A stretch of DNA of 64,000 nucleotides, from IMG/VR virus record IMGVR_UViG_3300040957_000063; one strand, written 5' to 3'. The notes under the pieces were generated by a model. That model saw nothing but the letters and a program-made list of their open reading frames with translations. It had not been told where the DNA came from and did no database searches. The DNA comes from an uncultured virus (IMG/VR IMGVR_UViG_3300040957_000063). Taxonomy: Duplodnaviria > Heunggongvirae > Uroviricota > Caudoviricetes. Shown piece after piece: positions 22,993-34,254 of the stretch. A program made the translations under genes and the position numbers. Within the stretch, counting starts at the first letter, position 1. The number at the start of each line of letters is the position of its first letter.

Positions 22993-23772
22993 ATGCGACA
23001 ACAAAGAAAATGTAATGAATGTGGGCAAAACTATTTCGCTAAGATGATTAACATTTTCGTCTTAAAGCAACATACTTGCCCAGAAGATAAAACTCCTTTG
23101 ATTATATCTACATTCGAAGGGAATACAGTTTATGCTTGTTCAACGTGCAAGAAAGCATTCCGTAAGAATGTTTCTACAGAGTACAATGCAATTGGCACCA
23201 AGATTTTGGGTTCAACACGAAACTTTTTAGAGCGAGATGATAGACTCGCAAAGGATGTTACTCTTGAGTTTGATACTGTTCCAGTACCCGAAGAAACATT
23301 GTGCCAAAGATGCCGCAACTACCAAACAAGGGCGGCTCAAGCTACTGGCAAACGTGAGAAGAAATTGGCAATGGGTTTACCTGACGATTTACAGATGGTC
23401 CCAGATACAGTTTCAAATGCGGACCTTTATAAGTACGAGATTTTCCGAAGGACTCAGGAAGAGTACCAAACCGCACGTAAAGCTGAAGCATATGAGAAGC
23501 AGAAAGCAGAACGTGAAGCGGCTGAGAAAGCAAGAAAGGCACAGTTAGAGGCGGCGGCAAAAGCGGCTCAGTTGCCATCTAAAGAAGAGATGAAATCATT
23601 AGTTGACCCAGAAATGCTAAAGATAGAGCAAGATGCAAAAGCCAAAGACATTCGCATTGAAGAATACAAGAAAAACCAAGAACAGGCAAAGAAAATCAAG
23701 GAAACTATTGCCCAGACCGATGCAGAAATAGCAAAACTGAAGAAGGAACTTGAAGAGTCACAGAAGAAATAG
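22993..23772 (+). CDS. Zn-ribbon plus coiled-coil protein
   Basis: CNEC, CSTC, CQRC; long E/K/A-rich helix; CATG-box promoter at 22930. Confidence 0.6.
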   Translation: MRQQRKCNECGQNYFAKMINIFVLKQHTCPEDKTPLIISTFEGNTVYACSTCKKAFRKNVSTEYNAIGTKILGSTRNFLERDDRLAKDVTLEFDTVPVPEETLCQRCRNYQTRAAQATGKREKKLAMGLPDDLQMVPDTVSNADLYKYEIFRRTQEEYQTARKAEAYEKQKAEREAAEKARKAQLEAAAKAAQLPSKEEMKSLVDPEMLKIEQDAKAKDIRIEEYKKNQEQAKKIKETIAQTDAEIAKLKKELEESQKK

Positions 23773-23774
23773 TT

Positions 23775-24434
23775 ATGACCTTCGAGGAAAAGAAAGACAT
23801 ACGACACCCAAGTTTCGGTGTAATCAACGTTTCCAGAGGGGTTTGCTCAAGCAAAATGAACCTCTTCGGAAGCAGTATTCAACAGCGAAGCTATATTCAA
23901 CTTTCTATTTCTAAAGCCGTTCTTGCACGACATACTAATAGAGATTGGATTAGGTCAGAAGGAGTGCCGATAGTATCTATTTATCTTTCTCCCTCACAAT
24001 TTGCAGATGCTATAACGTCCCTGAATCAGGGCGAAGGAACCCCGTGTACCATAACTTTTGTTGAAGGTCACGGAGTACAAGAACCAACTCTTGAGAGCAA
24101 ACGTGTACAGTTTGATGCAGACTTCGAAGATATAATGAAGGAAGTTACAGACCCAGCAAGCGAATTTTACAGCAAAATCGAGTATATTCTTTCAAAACCA
24201 AACATAGGAAAACACGACAAGGAATTGATTTTAAAGCAAATTGATGCTTTAAAGATGCAAATAGAAAGTAGCGTTCCATTTATGAAAAAGCAATGGACTG
24301 AGCAGTTGGATAAAACTGTTGTTGAGGCAAAGAACGAAATAAGCGCGTTTCTTGAGGACAAAATACGGACTTTAGGCTTAGAAGGATATAAAAAGGAAAT
24401 TCAAAAATCTTTAGGCTATGTGACAGGTGAATGA
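23775..24434 (+). CDS. Hypothetical viral protein
   Basis: 219-aa ORF, HPSFGVI...LFGSSI...GTPCT; no function recognised. Confidence 0.6.
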   Translation: MTFEEKKDIRHPSFGVINVSRGVCSSKMNLFGSSIQQRSYIQLSISKAVLARHTNRDWIRSEGVPIVSIYLSPSQFADAITSLNQGEGTPCTITFVEGHGVQEPTLESKRVQFDADFEDIMKEVTDPASEFYSKIEYILSKPNIGKHDKELILKQIDALKMQIESSVPFMKKQWTEQLDKTVVEAKNEISAFLEDKIRTLGLEGYKKEIQKSLGYVTGE

Positions 24435-25317
24435 CCGATTCTCTTTCAGACTTTGAACCTTCTTATGTTTTGATGTGTTTCACCGAAGAAGCTAAGAGAA
24501 AAAGAGGTCCAGCGATTCTCAGAGGATATGAACATATGAACAGAGCACAATTCAAAGCATTACACGCTGTATTCGGAGAAACAAAGCTATTTAGAGGCTG
24601 GACAGTTAGAGGATTATTGCTTGTAAAAGACGAAGCTAAAGACCAAGCTAAAGAAGACTATTAACCGCAATGTTTATATAGTTGGGTTGGTATCCTGTTA
24701 ACAGAGGAATAAGATGAGCAAACAAATCAATATGGAAGAAATCAAGTTCGCTGATGGCGAAACATTCAAGATTTTCGTTCGACCCGCAAGGAACAGACCT
24801 ATGAGCGCAACTCAAGTTCAAAAGCTATTCGAACTAATCAAAGCTGGCGGAAAAATCATCTATGTACCTGACGGCGTAGAATTCGTTGTAGTAAAAAATG
24901 ACGGCTCTGCAAGGGTGTACTAAATGGACAAAATCTGTTCAAGATGCGGCGGAAATATTTGCGACACATGCCGATTTCGAAATATACAAATTAATGCTTT
25001 GTTGTGCTTAGATTGCGAAGCTAACATCTGCACTTCTTGTTTAACCCACGGAATGTGGAAACAATGAGCAAAGAGAAATATTGTGAACTTAAAGGAAGAT
25101 GCCAAGTAGTATCTCCCGAAATTACTGTCATAAGACAAAATGGTTCTGGATTCAGATTGTTCTACAACGTTGGAGATATGGAACTTCTTCACAATGCATA
25201 CTTTGAAACCACAAAAGAACTTATGAGCGCAATCGACCTTATTGAGAATCTTGAACAGGGACTTAGACGAAACAACATAAACTTTACCTATATAGCACCA
25301 CAAACGACAGGCAGACA

Positions 25318-25770
25318 ATGAAGGAAATTAAAGGAAACATCTGGGATTTCCACGATGTTACTAAAACTTGGATAGTTATTCCTACCAACGGATTTGTCAA
25401 AAATACTGGCGAATGCGTTATGGGTCGCGGATTAGCTCTCGATGCTAAACTCAGATTTCCAGATTTGCCGTTTGAACTTGGAGCAAGAATCAAAGAATAT
25501 GGCAATGTTGTTTTCACTTTTTGGGACTATCATATCATAACGTTCCCTGTAAAGCATAATTGGTGGGAAGAAGCTGACTTAGCCTTAGTAGAACAAAGTG
25601 CCAAAGACCTCAAGGAAATTTTACGTTATAATTTGAGCCAAATCCAGACCCCGATATATGTTCCGTGGGTTGCGTGTGGAAACGGCAAACGCAAAAAGAA
25701 CGATGTTAGACCAATACTTGAGAAATATCTCGATGAAGAAGATAAATTCATAGTGATTGATAACGAATGA
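25318..25770 (+). CDS. Macrodomain (ADP-ribose binding/hydrolase)
   Basis: IKGNIW, PTNG, VMGRGLA, FPVK, PWVACGNG. Confidence 0.8.
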   Translation: MKEIKGNIWDFHDVTKTWIVIPTNGFVKNTGECVMGRGLALDAKLRFPDLPFELGARIKEYGNVVFTFWDYHIITFPVKHNWWEEADLALVEQSAKDLKEILRYNLSQIQTPIYVPWVACGNGKRKKNDVRPILEKYLDEEDKFIVIDNE

Positions 25771-26079
25771 GCATTGCTACAAAAGCCTGTGACCATTGCG
25801 GTGACGACCATATCTTGCAAGAGATTCATATCTGTTGGAATAAAGACCATAATACACTAACATGGGTGTGCGAACGGTGTATGAAGAAAGAAGGATTAGA
25901 GGAAGCGACATAATGGACAAAGCCTCATACGAATACACGCGAGGATTGCTTGTTGCTCAACGTAAAAAGATAATGGACACGCTGGAAGAACAGGAAGACT
26001 TTCCTGACCCTAAACTTGTTCAGGCGTATTACGACAATCAAACTCAAATTATAGATTTAGACACAAAATGGGAAGCAAT

Positions 26080-26706
26080 ATGTCGAAAATAGTCTGCATT
26101 ATGCCAGTTTACAACTGCGATGATGTTATTCTGGAATCGCTTAAATCAATAGATGGTAAAGTAGATGAAATTCATTGTTGTGATGGTCGATGGTCTGGCA
26201 GAGATGGACCCGATTGTTCTACTGATAATACCGAGCAAGTCATTGAGGCGTTCGCCGAGCATTCTAAATCTAAAGTGATGTACAAATGTTATCCCCCAAT
26301 GTTTGAATGGGAAGCCAGAAATGCAATGGCTAAAGACGTTGAAGATGGAGCTTGGATTATCTTTTTGGACTCAGACGAGATAATTCTTGAGTGGTTGAAC
26401 GTCCGCGAAACGATTGAAAATTCTATGGAGAAAGCATATCGGGTATGTTGGGGATTATTCAAGACATATGCGGCTGTTCCAAACGCAAAGTTCTACAGGA
26501 AAACTCCTACTCTTTATTATAACTTTAACCACAGGGAAATCTTTGACAAATACGGCTGGATAGATACGGCTCGTGCCCCGATACTTCATATTGTTTATGT
26601 CCATCAACCTAAAGCGTCTTCAAAGAAGGACAGGGAAGATATGGCTAAGTACGAATCGCGTTTGTTCGAATATGAACAGAAAACGTTAAAGAATCAAAAT
26701 TGTTAA
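26080..26706 (+). CDS. GT2-like glycosyltransferase
   Basis: MPVYNC...VDEIHCCDGRW...STDNT...RN...FLDSDE...HRE; paralogue of 12129..12710. Confidence 0.75.
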   Translation: MSKIVCIMPVYNCDDVILESLKSIDGKVDEIHCCDGRWSGRDGPDCSTDNTEQVIEAFAEHSKSKVMYKCYPPMFEWEARNAMAKDVEDGAWIIFLDSDEIILEWLNVRETIENSMEKAYRVCWGLFKTYAAVPNAKFYRKTPTLYYNFNHREIFDKYGWIDTARAPILHIVYVHQPKASSKKDREDMAKYESRLFEYEQKTLKNQNC

Positions 26707-27310
26707 ACTCCGTAGAAAGACTTAAATAGCTGTTTTTCTCTCCATTATTCACGGAAGGTGACATATATGGAAGCGTGTTACTTAGCTAAAGAGCAAGGGA
26801 TAAACACCTGTGAAAGTTGTTGGGCTAATTGTGGATGTTGGGTTTTTGAAGTTATAGACAAGAATGGAATAAACAAGCCTTTGTTCAAACCGCAACCTTT
26901 ATAAGAGTCGTTAATGACTATGTTCATATGTCGATGGCTGAGAAATATCCGCTTACTGAGAAGCCTTTTGAACTGAAGAAACCAGCTTACGCCAGATGGC
27001 AATATACTCTTTCTGGATGGATACGGATGATTCGGACAGATGACACTCAAGAAGGGCAAGAAATGGAACGCCAAATTCTCAGCAGAATGTGGGAAGACAA
27101 AGAGTTTGATAGAAAGATTCGTAAGCAATGTGAAGATTGGACTAACGAAGACCCAGAAGATACGTGGGAAAAATACCAAGAGAAACTTGAGTTAGAAAGT
27201 CGTAAACCTGTCCGTATTCAAGGCAAATATAAGGGTCGCGGACATGGAGAAAAGCGGCGTTAACCATAACATTTAAATACTCGTTTCTTCTCCATATTTT
27301 ACGAATATAA

Positions 27311-27631
27311 ATGGAATACAATATTTGCACCGAAGAAGAATTGATAATATATTTTCAAAAGAAAAGTATAGCTGGCGGGTTGGCTGACGAAAAGACAATA
27401 TCTATTTTTATGCACCCAAATGAGTTAGAAGATGAGGTAGATTGTACAGTTCAAATTTTAGTACACGAATTTCTTCACTCTTTTTTACGTAAAACAATGG
27501 ATATAAATACCAGCATAATGTTGGATAATATTCACCGTCCTTTTTTGGTTTATAATTTTGAGACAAAAAAATGGTCTCACGATATGAACTTTGTTAATAA
27601 AAGAAAAGGACAGCCTCTTTTGATTATTTAA
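27311..27631 (+). CDS. Small HExxH (zincin-like) protein
   Basis: ILVHEFLH motif. Confidence 0.45.
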   Translation: MEYNICTEEELIIYFQKKSIAGGLADEKTISIFMHPNELEDEVDCTVQILVHEFLHSFLRKTMDINTSIMLDNIHRPFLVYNFETKKWSHDMNFVNKRKGQPLLII

Positions 27632-27884
27632 TTCTACTATATAAACCTTCGCCACAAGGCTTAAATACTCTCCATCGTGGATTTCTTTTAAACAGTTGAT
27701 TAATCGCCTATTTCCGCAACCTTTATATACTACGACTACCTTAGTCCCCCACCGACCCCCGTTGCGCGAAAGCGTCGGACGACTTTGAGGGCGGGGAGCA
27801 GTAATTTAATCAAGTGATTAATTAGCTCAAAACGAAGATGTTGATTGTAGCGTAAGGTTTAAATAGGGGAAACCCCACTATTAA

Positions 27885-28715
27885 GTGACCATAATGAGCA
27901 AAAGACCAGCGGATATAAGCGGTTCAATTCGTGATTTGCAATATGAAATCGACCAAGCCATAGAGGAAGCCAGAGCCGAAGGAAACAAAGAGGGATATGA
28001 ACAAGGCAAATCAGATGGCGATGACGAGGGTTATAAAAGAGGATATGCAGACGGCAAAGCCGATGGCAAATCCGAAGCTGAAGAGGAATTTTACAAGAAA
28101 GAGAAGGTGCCGTTTACTTGAATTTTCAAGTTGGAGATAGGGTTCAAATAGTCGGAGTAGGGGATTGGGGAAATGGCATAATCACAGGAATTTCAAGAAA
28201 TATTTATTATACCGTGAGGACAGATAGCGGAGTTATACTTGAGCTTGCGTTTCAAAGTATGAAATTGCTTCCTGAAAAGGTGCGGTTTACATGATGAGAA
28301 AATATCCTCACGCGATAACCCAGAAATGCGGCAAATGTGGTAGTATATTCACTTGTAAAGGGACAGGTTGGAAACTTACAAAAGATGGAAGATGTCCTTA
28401 TGCATATACTGGTTGTCATTGTGAACAATGCCATCACGGAGAAAGTCGAACTGAAGGTTGTGAAGAAGTTATAGATGAGTTTGAGGTAGTGCAATTTACA
28501 TGAAGATTGAAAGAAGTAAACCTAAGAAAAAGAGCAAAAAATTAATGGTTAATATAGAAACTAAAAGTATTTTTATTCGTGAAGTTGAAGACCCAGAGAA
28601 AGCCTTAAAAGTTATTACTTCTTTTTTGAGTAAGGAAGGTATAAGTGACGAAAGTTTCATTCATATTATGATTACTAATCCTATAAATAAAAATGTAAAG
28701 GTGAAGTTCGATTGA
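27885..28715 (+). other. Chain 1 of four coupled microprotein genes ending in [VI]xF[TD] (27885-28121, 28118-28294, 28291-28503, 28500-28715)
   Basis: Ends EKVPFT, EKVRFT, EVVQFT, VKVKFD; 4-nt stop/start overlaps. 28118-28294 was translated by hand (SH3/KOW-like FQVGDRV). Confidence 0.85.
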
Positions 28716-28790
28716 TGTATGTTCTATGTTGTGTAACTACCATAAAGTTTAAATACTTGATTGATGATAGTATTTATACGGTGATTTAAA

Positions 28791-29294
28791 TTGGATAAAG
28801 AGAAAAGAAGATTGCAACTTAAAGGGTACAAAAAAACAATATATAATAATCGTATAGCGAAGGGATTATGTTATTTATGTGGTAAACCTAAAGTTTCAAA
28901 AACAATGTGTCAAGATTGTTTGGATGCATTGAAGAAACGAAATACCGATTTTAAATTATTTCATCCAGAAGAATATAAAAGACAACAAACTATGTATAAT
29001 AAAAAATGGCATAGAGAAGCATTGGAAAAAATAGCAAGTGATAAAGGAATTCCTGTTCAATGTCCGTGTGGTTGTTCTGATATTGATTTTTTGGAAATTG
29101 ACCATATTAATAATGATGGTGGAAAAGAAAGAGGAAAAAAATTCTCAACCCAAAGTTTTCATTTAGCAATTAGAAATGGCAAAAGAAAAACAGATGACTT
29201 AGATATACGCTGTAAGGTATGTAATTTTGCTAAATATTGTTCTGTAAAAATGGGGAAGGGAAATTGGAAAATAACTTTTAAGGAGAGTGAATAG
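28791..29294 (+). CDS. HNH endonuclease with N-terminal Zn finger
   Basis: CPCGC...LEIDHINNDGG...CKVCN. Confidence 0.75.
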   Translation: MDKEKRRLQLKGYKKTIYNNRIAKGLCYLCGKPKVSKTMCQDCLDALKKRNTDFKLFHPEEYKRQQTMYNKKWHREALEKIASDKGIPVQCPCGCSDIDFLEIDHINNDGGKERGKKFSTQSFHLAIRNGKRKTDDLDIRCKVCNFAKYCSVKMGKGNWKITFKESE

Positions 29295-29697
29295 AATTCT
29301 TACTGTGCTTGTATGCGGAGACCGAAATTGGCATAACTTTGTTTTACCCAGACAGATACTTAAAGATTTGCTTAAACACGACCCATTCATAACTGTAATT
29401 CACGGCGATTGCCGTGGAGCAGATAAGATATGCGGTTATACAGCCCGTCAGTTAGGTATGATTGTTAAGCCCGAACCAGCTAATTGGAATGAATATGGTT
29501 TGAGAGCGGGACCGATACGTAATAAACTTATGATTGATAAATATCATCCAGATTTAGTTATTGCTTTTCATAATGATGTAAAAAATAGTAAAGGTACTTT
29601 AGGGATGTTAAAATTAGCAATAAAATCAAATATACCTATAAAATTATATAAAGAAAATGGAGAAGTTGATATTTATGAGTATTTGTCCAATTTGTAA
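29287..29697 (+). CDS. SLOG-superfamily (DUF2493/YspA-like) protein
   Basis: VLVCGDRNW, VIHGDCRGAD, AGPIRNKLM, SKGT. Confidence 0.85.
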   Translation: MNRILTVLVCGDRNWHNFVLPRQILKDLLKHDPFITVIHGDCRGADKICGYTARQLGMIVKPEPANWNEYGLRAGPIRNKLMIDKYHPDLVIAFHNDVKNSKGTLGMLKLAIKSNIPIKLYKENGEVDIYEYLSNL

Positions 29698-30208
29698 AAA
29701 TGAATTTCCTAAACCAACAGGTAGGCATCATAATAAAAAATATTGTGGTGAAGTATGTCATTTGAGGGCAAATAAAGCATATTACAAAAAGTATCGAGAA
29801 ATCAACAGAAAAAAAATTAATATCAATCAAAATAAAAATAAAACAATACGTTCATTAAAACAACATAACAAATTAAAACAAGACAAAATTGAATTATTTC
29901 AACTTCTTGGTGGTAAATGTAATAATCCAGATTGCCCTATTCCAATTGAGAAGATGGATATAAGATGTTTACAAGTGGACCATATTAATGGAAAAGGTTG
30001 TAAAGAACGTAAACAATATGGAAGAGGTTCGACACTTTATAGAAATATATTAAAAAAAGTAAAAGCTGGTTCTAAAGATTATCAATTACTTTGTGTTTAT
30101 TGTAATTGGTTGAAAAGTTTTGAACAAAAAGAAAGACCATTAATCCCGATAATATTGGTGAGCGAAACAAAGGTTGAGAACATTGTTGACGTACAAACAA
30201 AGCTGTAA
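29675..30208 (+). CDS. HNH endonuclease
   Basis: LLGGKC...LQVDHINGKG...SKDYQLLCVYCN. Confidence 0.8.
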   Translation: MSICPICKNEFPKPTGRHHNKKYCGEVCHLRANKAYYKKYREINRKKININQNKNKTIRSLKQHNKLKQDKIELFQLLGGKCNNPDCPIPIEKMDIRCLQVDHINGKGCKERKQYGRGSTLYRNILKKVKAGSKDYQLLCVYCNWLKSFEQKERPLIPIILVSETKVENIVDVQTKL

Positions 30209-30717
30209 GCATTTCAAGCATTTAAAGGCGGCACGATTTCCTACTAAACAGTCTAAACCTGTTAGTAGATGGGTTTATAAGATTGTACGATGGATGATTG
30301 CAGAGGATAAACGTTTAAATGAGGAAGAAAAGGTGGCATTCACATAAGCAAATTCAATACACTTTATTTGCTTCAGGGTGCTAATAAATTCAAGTTAGGG
30401 TACGTAGAGTTAGACCTTACAAAGACTATAGGCAAACCTAATTGGGAAGTAACAATAAGATGCGAAGATATTTGGGGCGTTTGGAAAGCGTGGGATAAAA
30501 ATCAAACGTTTGTGCTTTATGCAGAATGGTCTTATAAATCTCACGGGATAGTTTATCCAGAATCTATTTCTGGCGAGTTTTATATACTCGAAATCAATAC
30601 TAACAAAACATCAACTCCAACTTCGCCAAGAAAACTTTACACGTTAAGTGGTGTTTCTCCTAATTTGACAGTTTCAGGTATTCCCGATAATGAACGAGTA
30701 AAGGTGATGTTTGACTA

Positions 30718-31227
30718 ATGGGCTACATATATCTATATACAGGAAATGGTGCGGGAAAGACTACAAGTGGTCTCGGTCTTGCACTACGAGCTTTAGGTCA
30801 CGGACAGAAAGTATTGGTTATCCAATTCTTGAAGTGGAACCGAACTACTGGCGAGTACCTATTTCAACACCCTAACTATCAAATAGAACAATTCAGCAGT
30901 ACCGAATGGATAGGTATTGCAACTCTGACTGAAAAGGACGCTAAAGAATGCCGAAACGGATTAGCTACAGCTTATCTACGATGCAAGTCACAGGACATAA
31001 ATTTGCTAATTCTTGATGAGATAAACTATGCTGTGTCTGTTGGAATGCTGGAAGAGGACGATGCTATTGATTGCATACGCCGTCTTAAAGTAGAATGTCC
31101 AGAACTTAATATAGTGCTTACAGGCAGAGCGGCTACAAGGAAACTTAGAAGAATCGCGGACTACGTTAACATAATTAAAGATGTGAAAAGTTCAGGATTA
31201 GTAAATGATGAGGGTATTCAATGGTAG
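30718..31227 (+). CDS. cobO: Cob(I)alamin adenosyltransferase (CobA/BtuR/CobO type)
   Basis: YTGNGAGKTTSGLGLALRALGHG, VIQFLK, ILDEINYA, VLTGR, ADYV. Confidence 0.88.
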   Translation: MGYIYLYTGNGAGKTTSGLGLALRALGHGQKVLVIQFLKWNRTTGEYLFQHPNYQIEQFSSTEWIGIATLTEKDAKECRNGLATAYLRCKSQDINLLILDEINYAVSVGMLEEDDAIDCIRRLKVECPELNIVLTGRAATRKLRRIADYVNIIKDVKSSGLVNDEGIQW

Positions 31228-31357
31228 AAAACAATGATTGTCAATGTTATACTTGTGCTCGTGACAGTTGCAAGCAGTATAAGTGTAAAACTACTTGCGA
31301 TAAATGCTACATTGTGCCTTACACAACACTAAAATGTTTAGGTTACTATAGAGGGCG

Positions 31358-34174
31358 TTGTTGACGACAAAAGCTGACCCAGCTAAAGTTGAGCGAATAC
31401 TAAATATTCTAAGAAAAGACCCACGTTGTCCTAAATGTCATTGTTATCTTAATGAGGCTGAGTTATGGCAGAAAAAATGCGGTGTATGCAAAACACCGTT
31501 CATATTCTTCAATGATGGTTCCGTTTTAGATATGGGTGCTGTGATGGTGGAGTTTACTTGAACCAGAAGTACATTAGAATGTCAGATATATTCTTCGAGG
31601 ACTTTGGGATAAGAAAAACTAAGTTTGCCATTCAACACTTTCTAAGAAACGATGGAAAAAATAACGTCAGGGTTGATACTAAACTTCCAGATGACGTTAA
31701 GGTTGTAAAAATAAGTTATGACCTAAGATACGCTATTTCTACGGTGATTCTTGAGAGCAAGGAATTCGTTGGAGAACAGGACGAAATACAACTTCAGCTT
31801 ACAAAGATTTATGATTACAAAGAAAAGGAGATAGTAGCCTTCACATGAAGAGACTTCCCAACTCGGCTTTTGCAGACCCTAAAGCCCGTAGATTTCCGAT
31901 AACGGATAGAACACACGTAAGGGTTGCAATTCTTACTGTAATATGGAGATTTAATCATCGTCCTTCTACTGAATCATTAGTTTATTTAAAAGAGGTTCAC
32001 GATAAAATTTTGATTCGAGCCGATGAATTAGGGATGGATATGAAACACGAGTGTCCATTATGCGACACAAAGGTTAAGGTGCAATTTACTTGAGGGGAAT
32101 ATGCTTGCTTTGTGGCTATTACTTACAAAGATTGACGCTCCCGAAGAATTCTCCCTGTTTCAAATGTGACCCTGAGTTAAAATCCGAGAAGGTGCAGTTT
32201 ACTTGATTCAATGTGAATATGGTGATGTTCACTTTCTGCATTCTCCAATAAAGCGATGCTTGAAGGATGCAAAATTTCTTGTTGTATTTACACACGGTCA
32301 TCCAGTTGTAGTGCCATTTCACGATATAAATGTTGTTTGCGAGGAACATCTTAAACAACTACGTAAAAGAGGGACCAAGATGGAATTCTACGAAATCATA
32401 TCATATAACGAAAAGGTGGAGTTTACTTGAGAAATTATATAAAAAGGGGTAATAGTCTATTAATCGAAAAAATCAAGTACACAGGTAAACTTTATAAATG
32501 CCCTGTATGCGGCGCGACAATAGAGGGCTACATGGAATCATTCTGGAAAACTCCAAAGGGAAGCGTCTATGGCGATATAAAACAACCAAATAGACCAGAC
32601 GAAGACAGCGATGAAGATAATGATGAATTCATTTGGAAAGAAGTAGCTGGTTGTGTTCGTTGCTTAGACTTCTGGGATGCAAAAGACTTATTAGATATAA
32701 CCCCTGTGAAGGTGCATTTCGATTGAAAAACTGTTGTGCTTGCAATAAGCCTTATAAGACATATGGAAAATATAAAGAGCCGAGGATAATGCAAGTTTCT
32801 GTAGCTGGCGAAACAATTTTCTTTTGCCCAACTTGCAGAAAAATATGGGGTGAAATGCGTCACAAATTAGCTATAAAATATGTTAATTCATCAATTCGTA
32901 GTGAAAAATACAAAAAAGAGCTACGAGGGTTATTAGATTCATTTTGCAGAGGCAGAAAGGAGAAGGTCGAATTTACTTGAGTGCATACTTCACAAGAGAA
33001 GACGAAAAGGAAATGTTCGAAAAAATGATGGATAATGTAGAGAGAAATATAGATGGACGAGGTTTGATTTTCTCTCAAAGACACCGAATAAGATGGTGGG
33101 CGGCTAAAGGTTTGAGATTTTGGATTAAACAAAACGCGCCAGAGAGGATTGAGTTTACGTGAGCGTAATAAAGCCTAAAGACTACATTCCTGATTGGTTC
33201 CGTTGCCCTATTTGCAATGAGGAATGCTATGGATTTATGAGTTGGGCTGGTCATACAGGAACAAACCATCAGATGGATTGCATAACTTTCGAAGAAAAAA
33301 TCGGGGTCTGGAAGAGTTTCTTCGGTACCAAATGGGAATTCTTCAAGAATGGAAAACAAATAATAATTGACGACAGAGAGAAGGTGTTGTTTACTTGAGC
33401 AAAAAAGAAATAGAATATTTCAAGAAACACGGGTTCTGTATGTACTTAGGAGAATGTCAAGGCTCGGTTGATTGTAATGGTAAAGTTTACGAGTTTTGCC
33501 GTTGCCGAGCACGGAATATTAAACCAGAAGATTTGCTTCCGCCCTCAAAGGAGAAGGTCAGGTTTACTTGAGAATATTCGAACATAGCAGCGGTCAAATA
33601 ACGAAATGTGATGAGTGGAAGCGGTACCCGTGCGAAACGTATGAATGCCCTCACACTAACCATTGCTTGATTTATCCAACTATACGAATAAAGGTGCAGT
33701 TTGATTGAGATGTCTTGCTATGCTTGATTCTACTAACGAACAATGCCCTAATGAGGGATTTTACCATATAACTACTTTTCAGAAGGATAAACAAGGAATC
33801 TTAAAGAAATTTAACGAAGACGTATTTTGCGCGGACCATTCTTGGGAGTTTGCTATGTATTACTCTAACTATCTGGGATTAAAAGTAATAGTGAACTATG
33901 CTAAAATCATTCCAGACAAGGTAGATTTCATATGACTAAGAAACATCCCAGATTCAAAACTATGGCTGAAGCAATAGAATGGGTTGTGCAATACCAAGTT
34001 AAGATTCCTGAGTACGAATGCCCAAAATTCGATATGAAACATCCGACTCCTAAAGATTTACAAGAGTGTGGCTCTATCTGTGAAAATCATTGGGGTTGCC
34101 ATACTTTCAGGCATTTAATGGGTACTCGTGACCCCGAAGACCCGAATGTTCCAGAGGTGATACAATTCACATGA
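31358..34174 (+). other. Chain 2 of thirteen coupled microprotein genes ending in [VI]xF[TDI]
   Basis: 31358-31561, 31558-31848, 31845-32093, 32090-32206, 32203-32430, 32427-32726, 32723-32980, 32977-33162, 33159-33398, 33395-33571, 33568-33708, 33705-33935, 33932-34174. All have NTGA stop/start overlaps and most contain CxxC. The short ones were translated by hand. Confidence 0.88.
31845..32093 (+). CDS. DUF6582-like small protein with KVQFT tail
   Basis: LPNSAFADPKARRFPITDRTHVRVA resembles a recurrent viral LPxSxFAxPxxRxFP domain. Confidence 0.5.
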   Translation: MKRLPNSAFADPKARRFPITDRTHVRVAILTVIWRFNHRPSTESLVYLKEVHDKILIRADELGMDMKHECPLCDTKVKVQFT

Positions 34175-34254
34175 GAGACAAATGCAAGGAATGTATTCCT
34201 AAGTCTGCTGGTACAAGAACCAAAGACCCAGATTGTGCTAACTGCAAAGATTAA

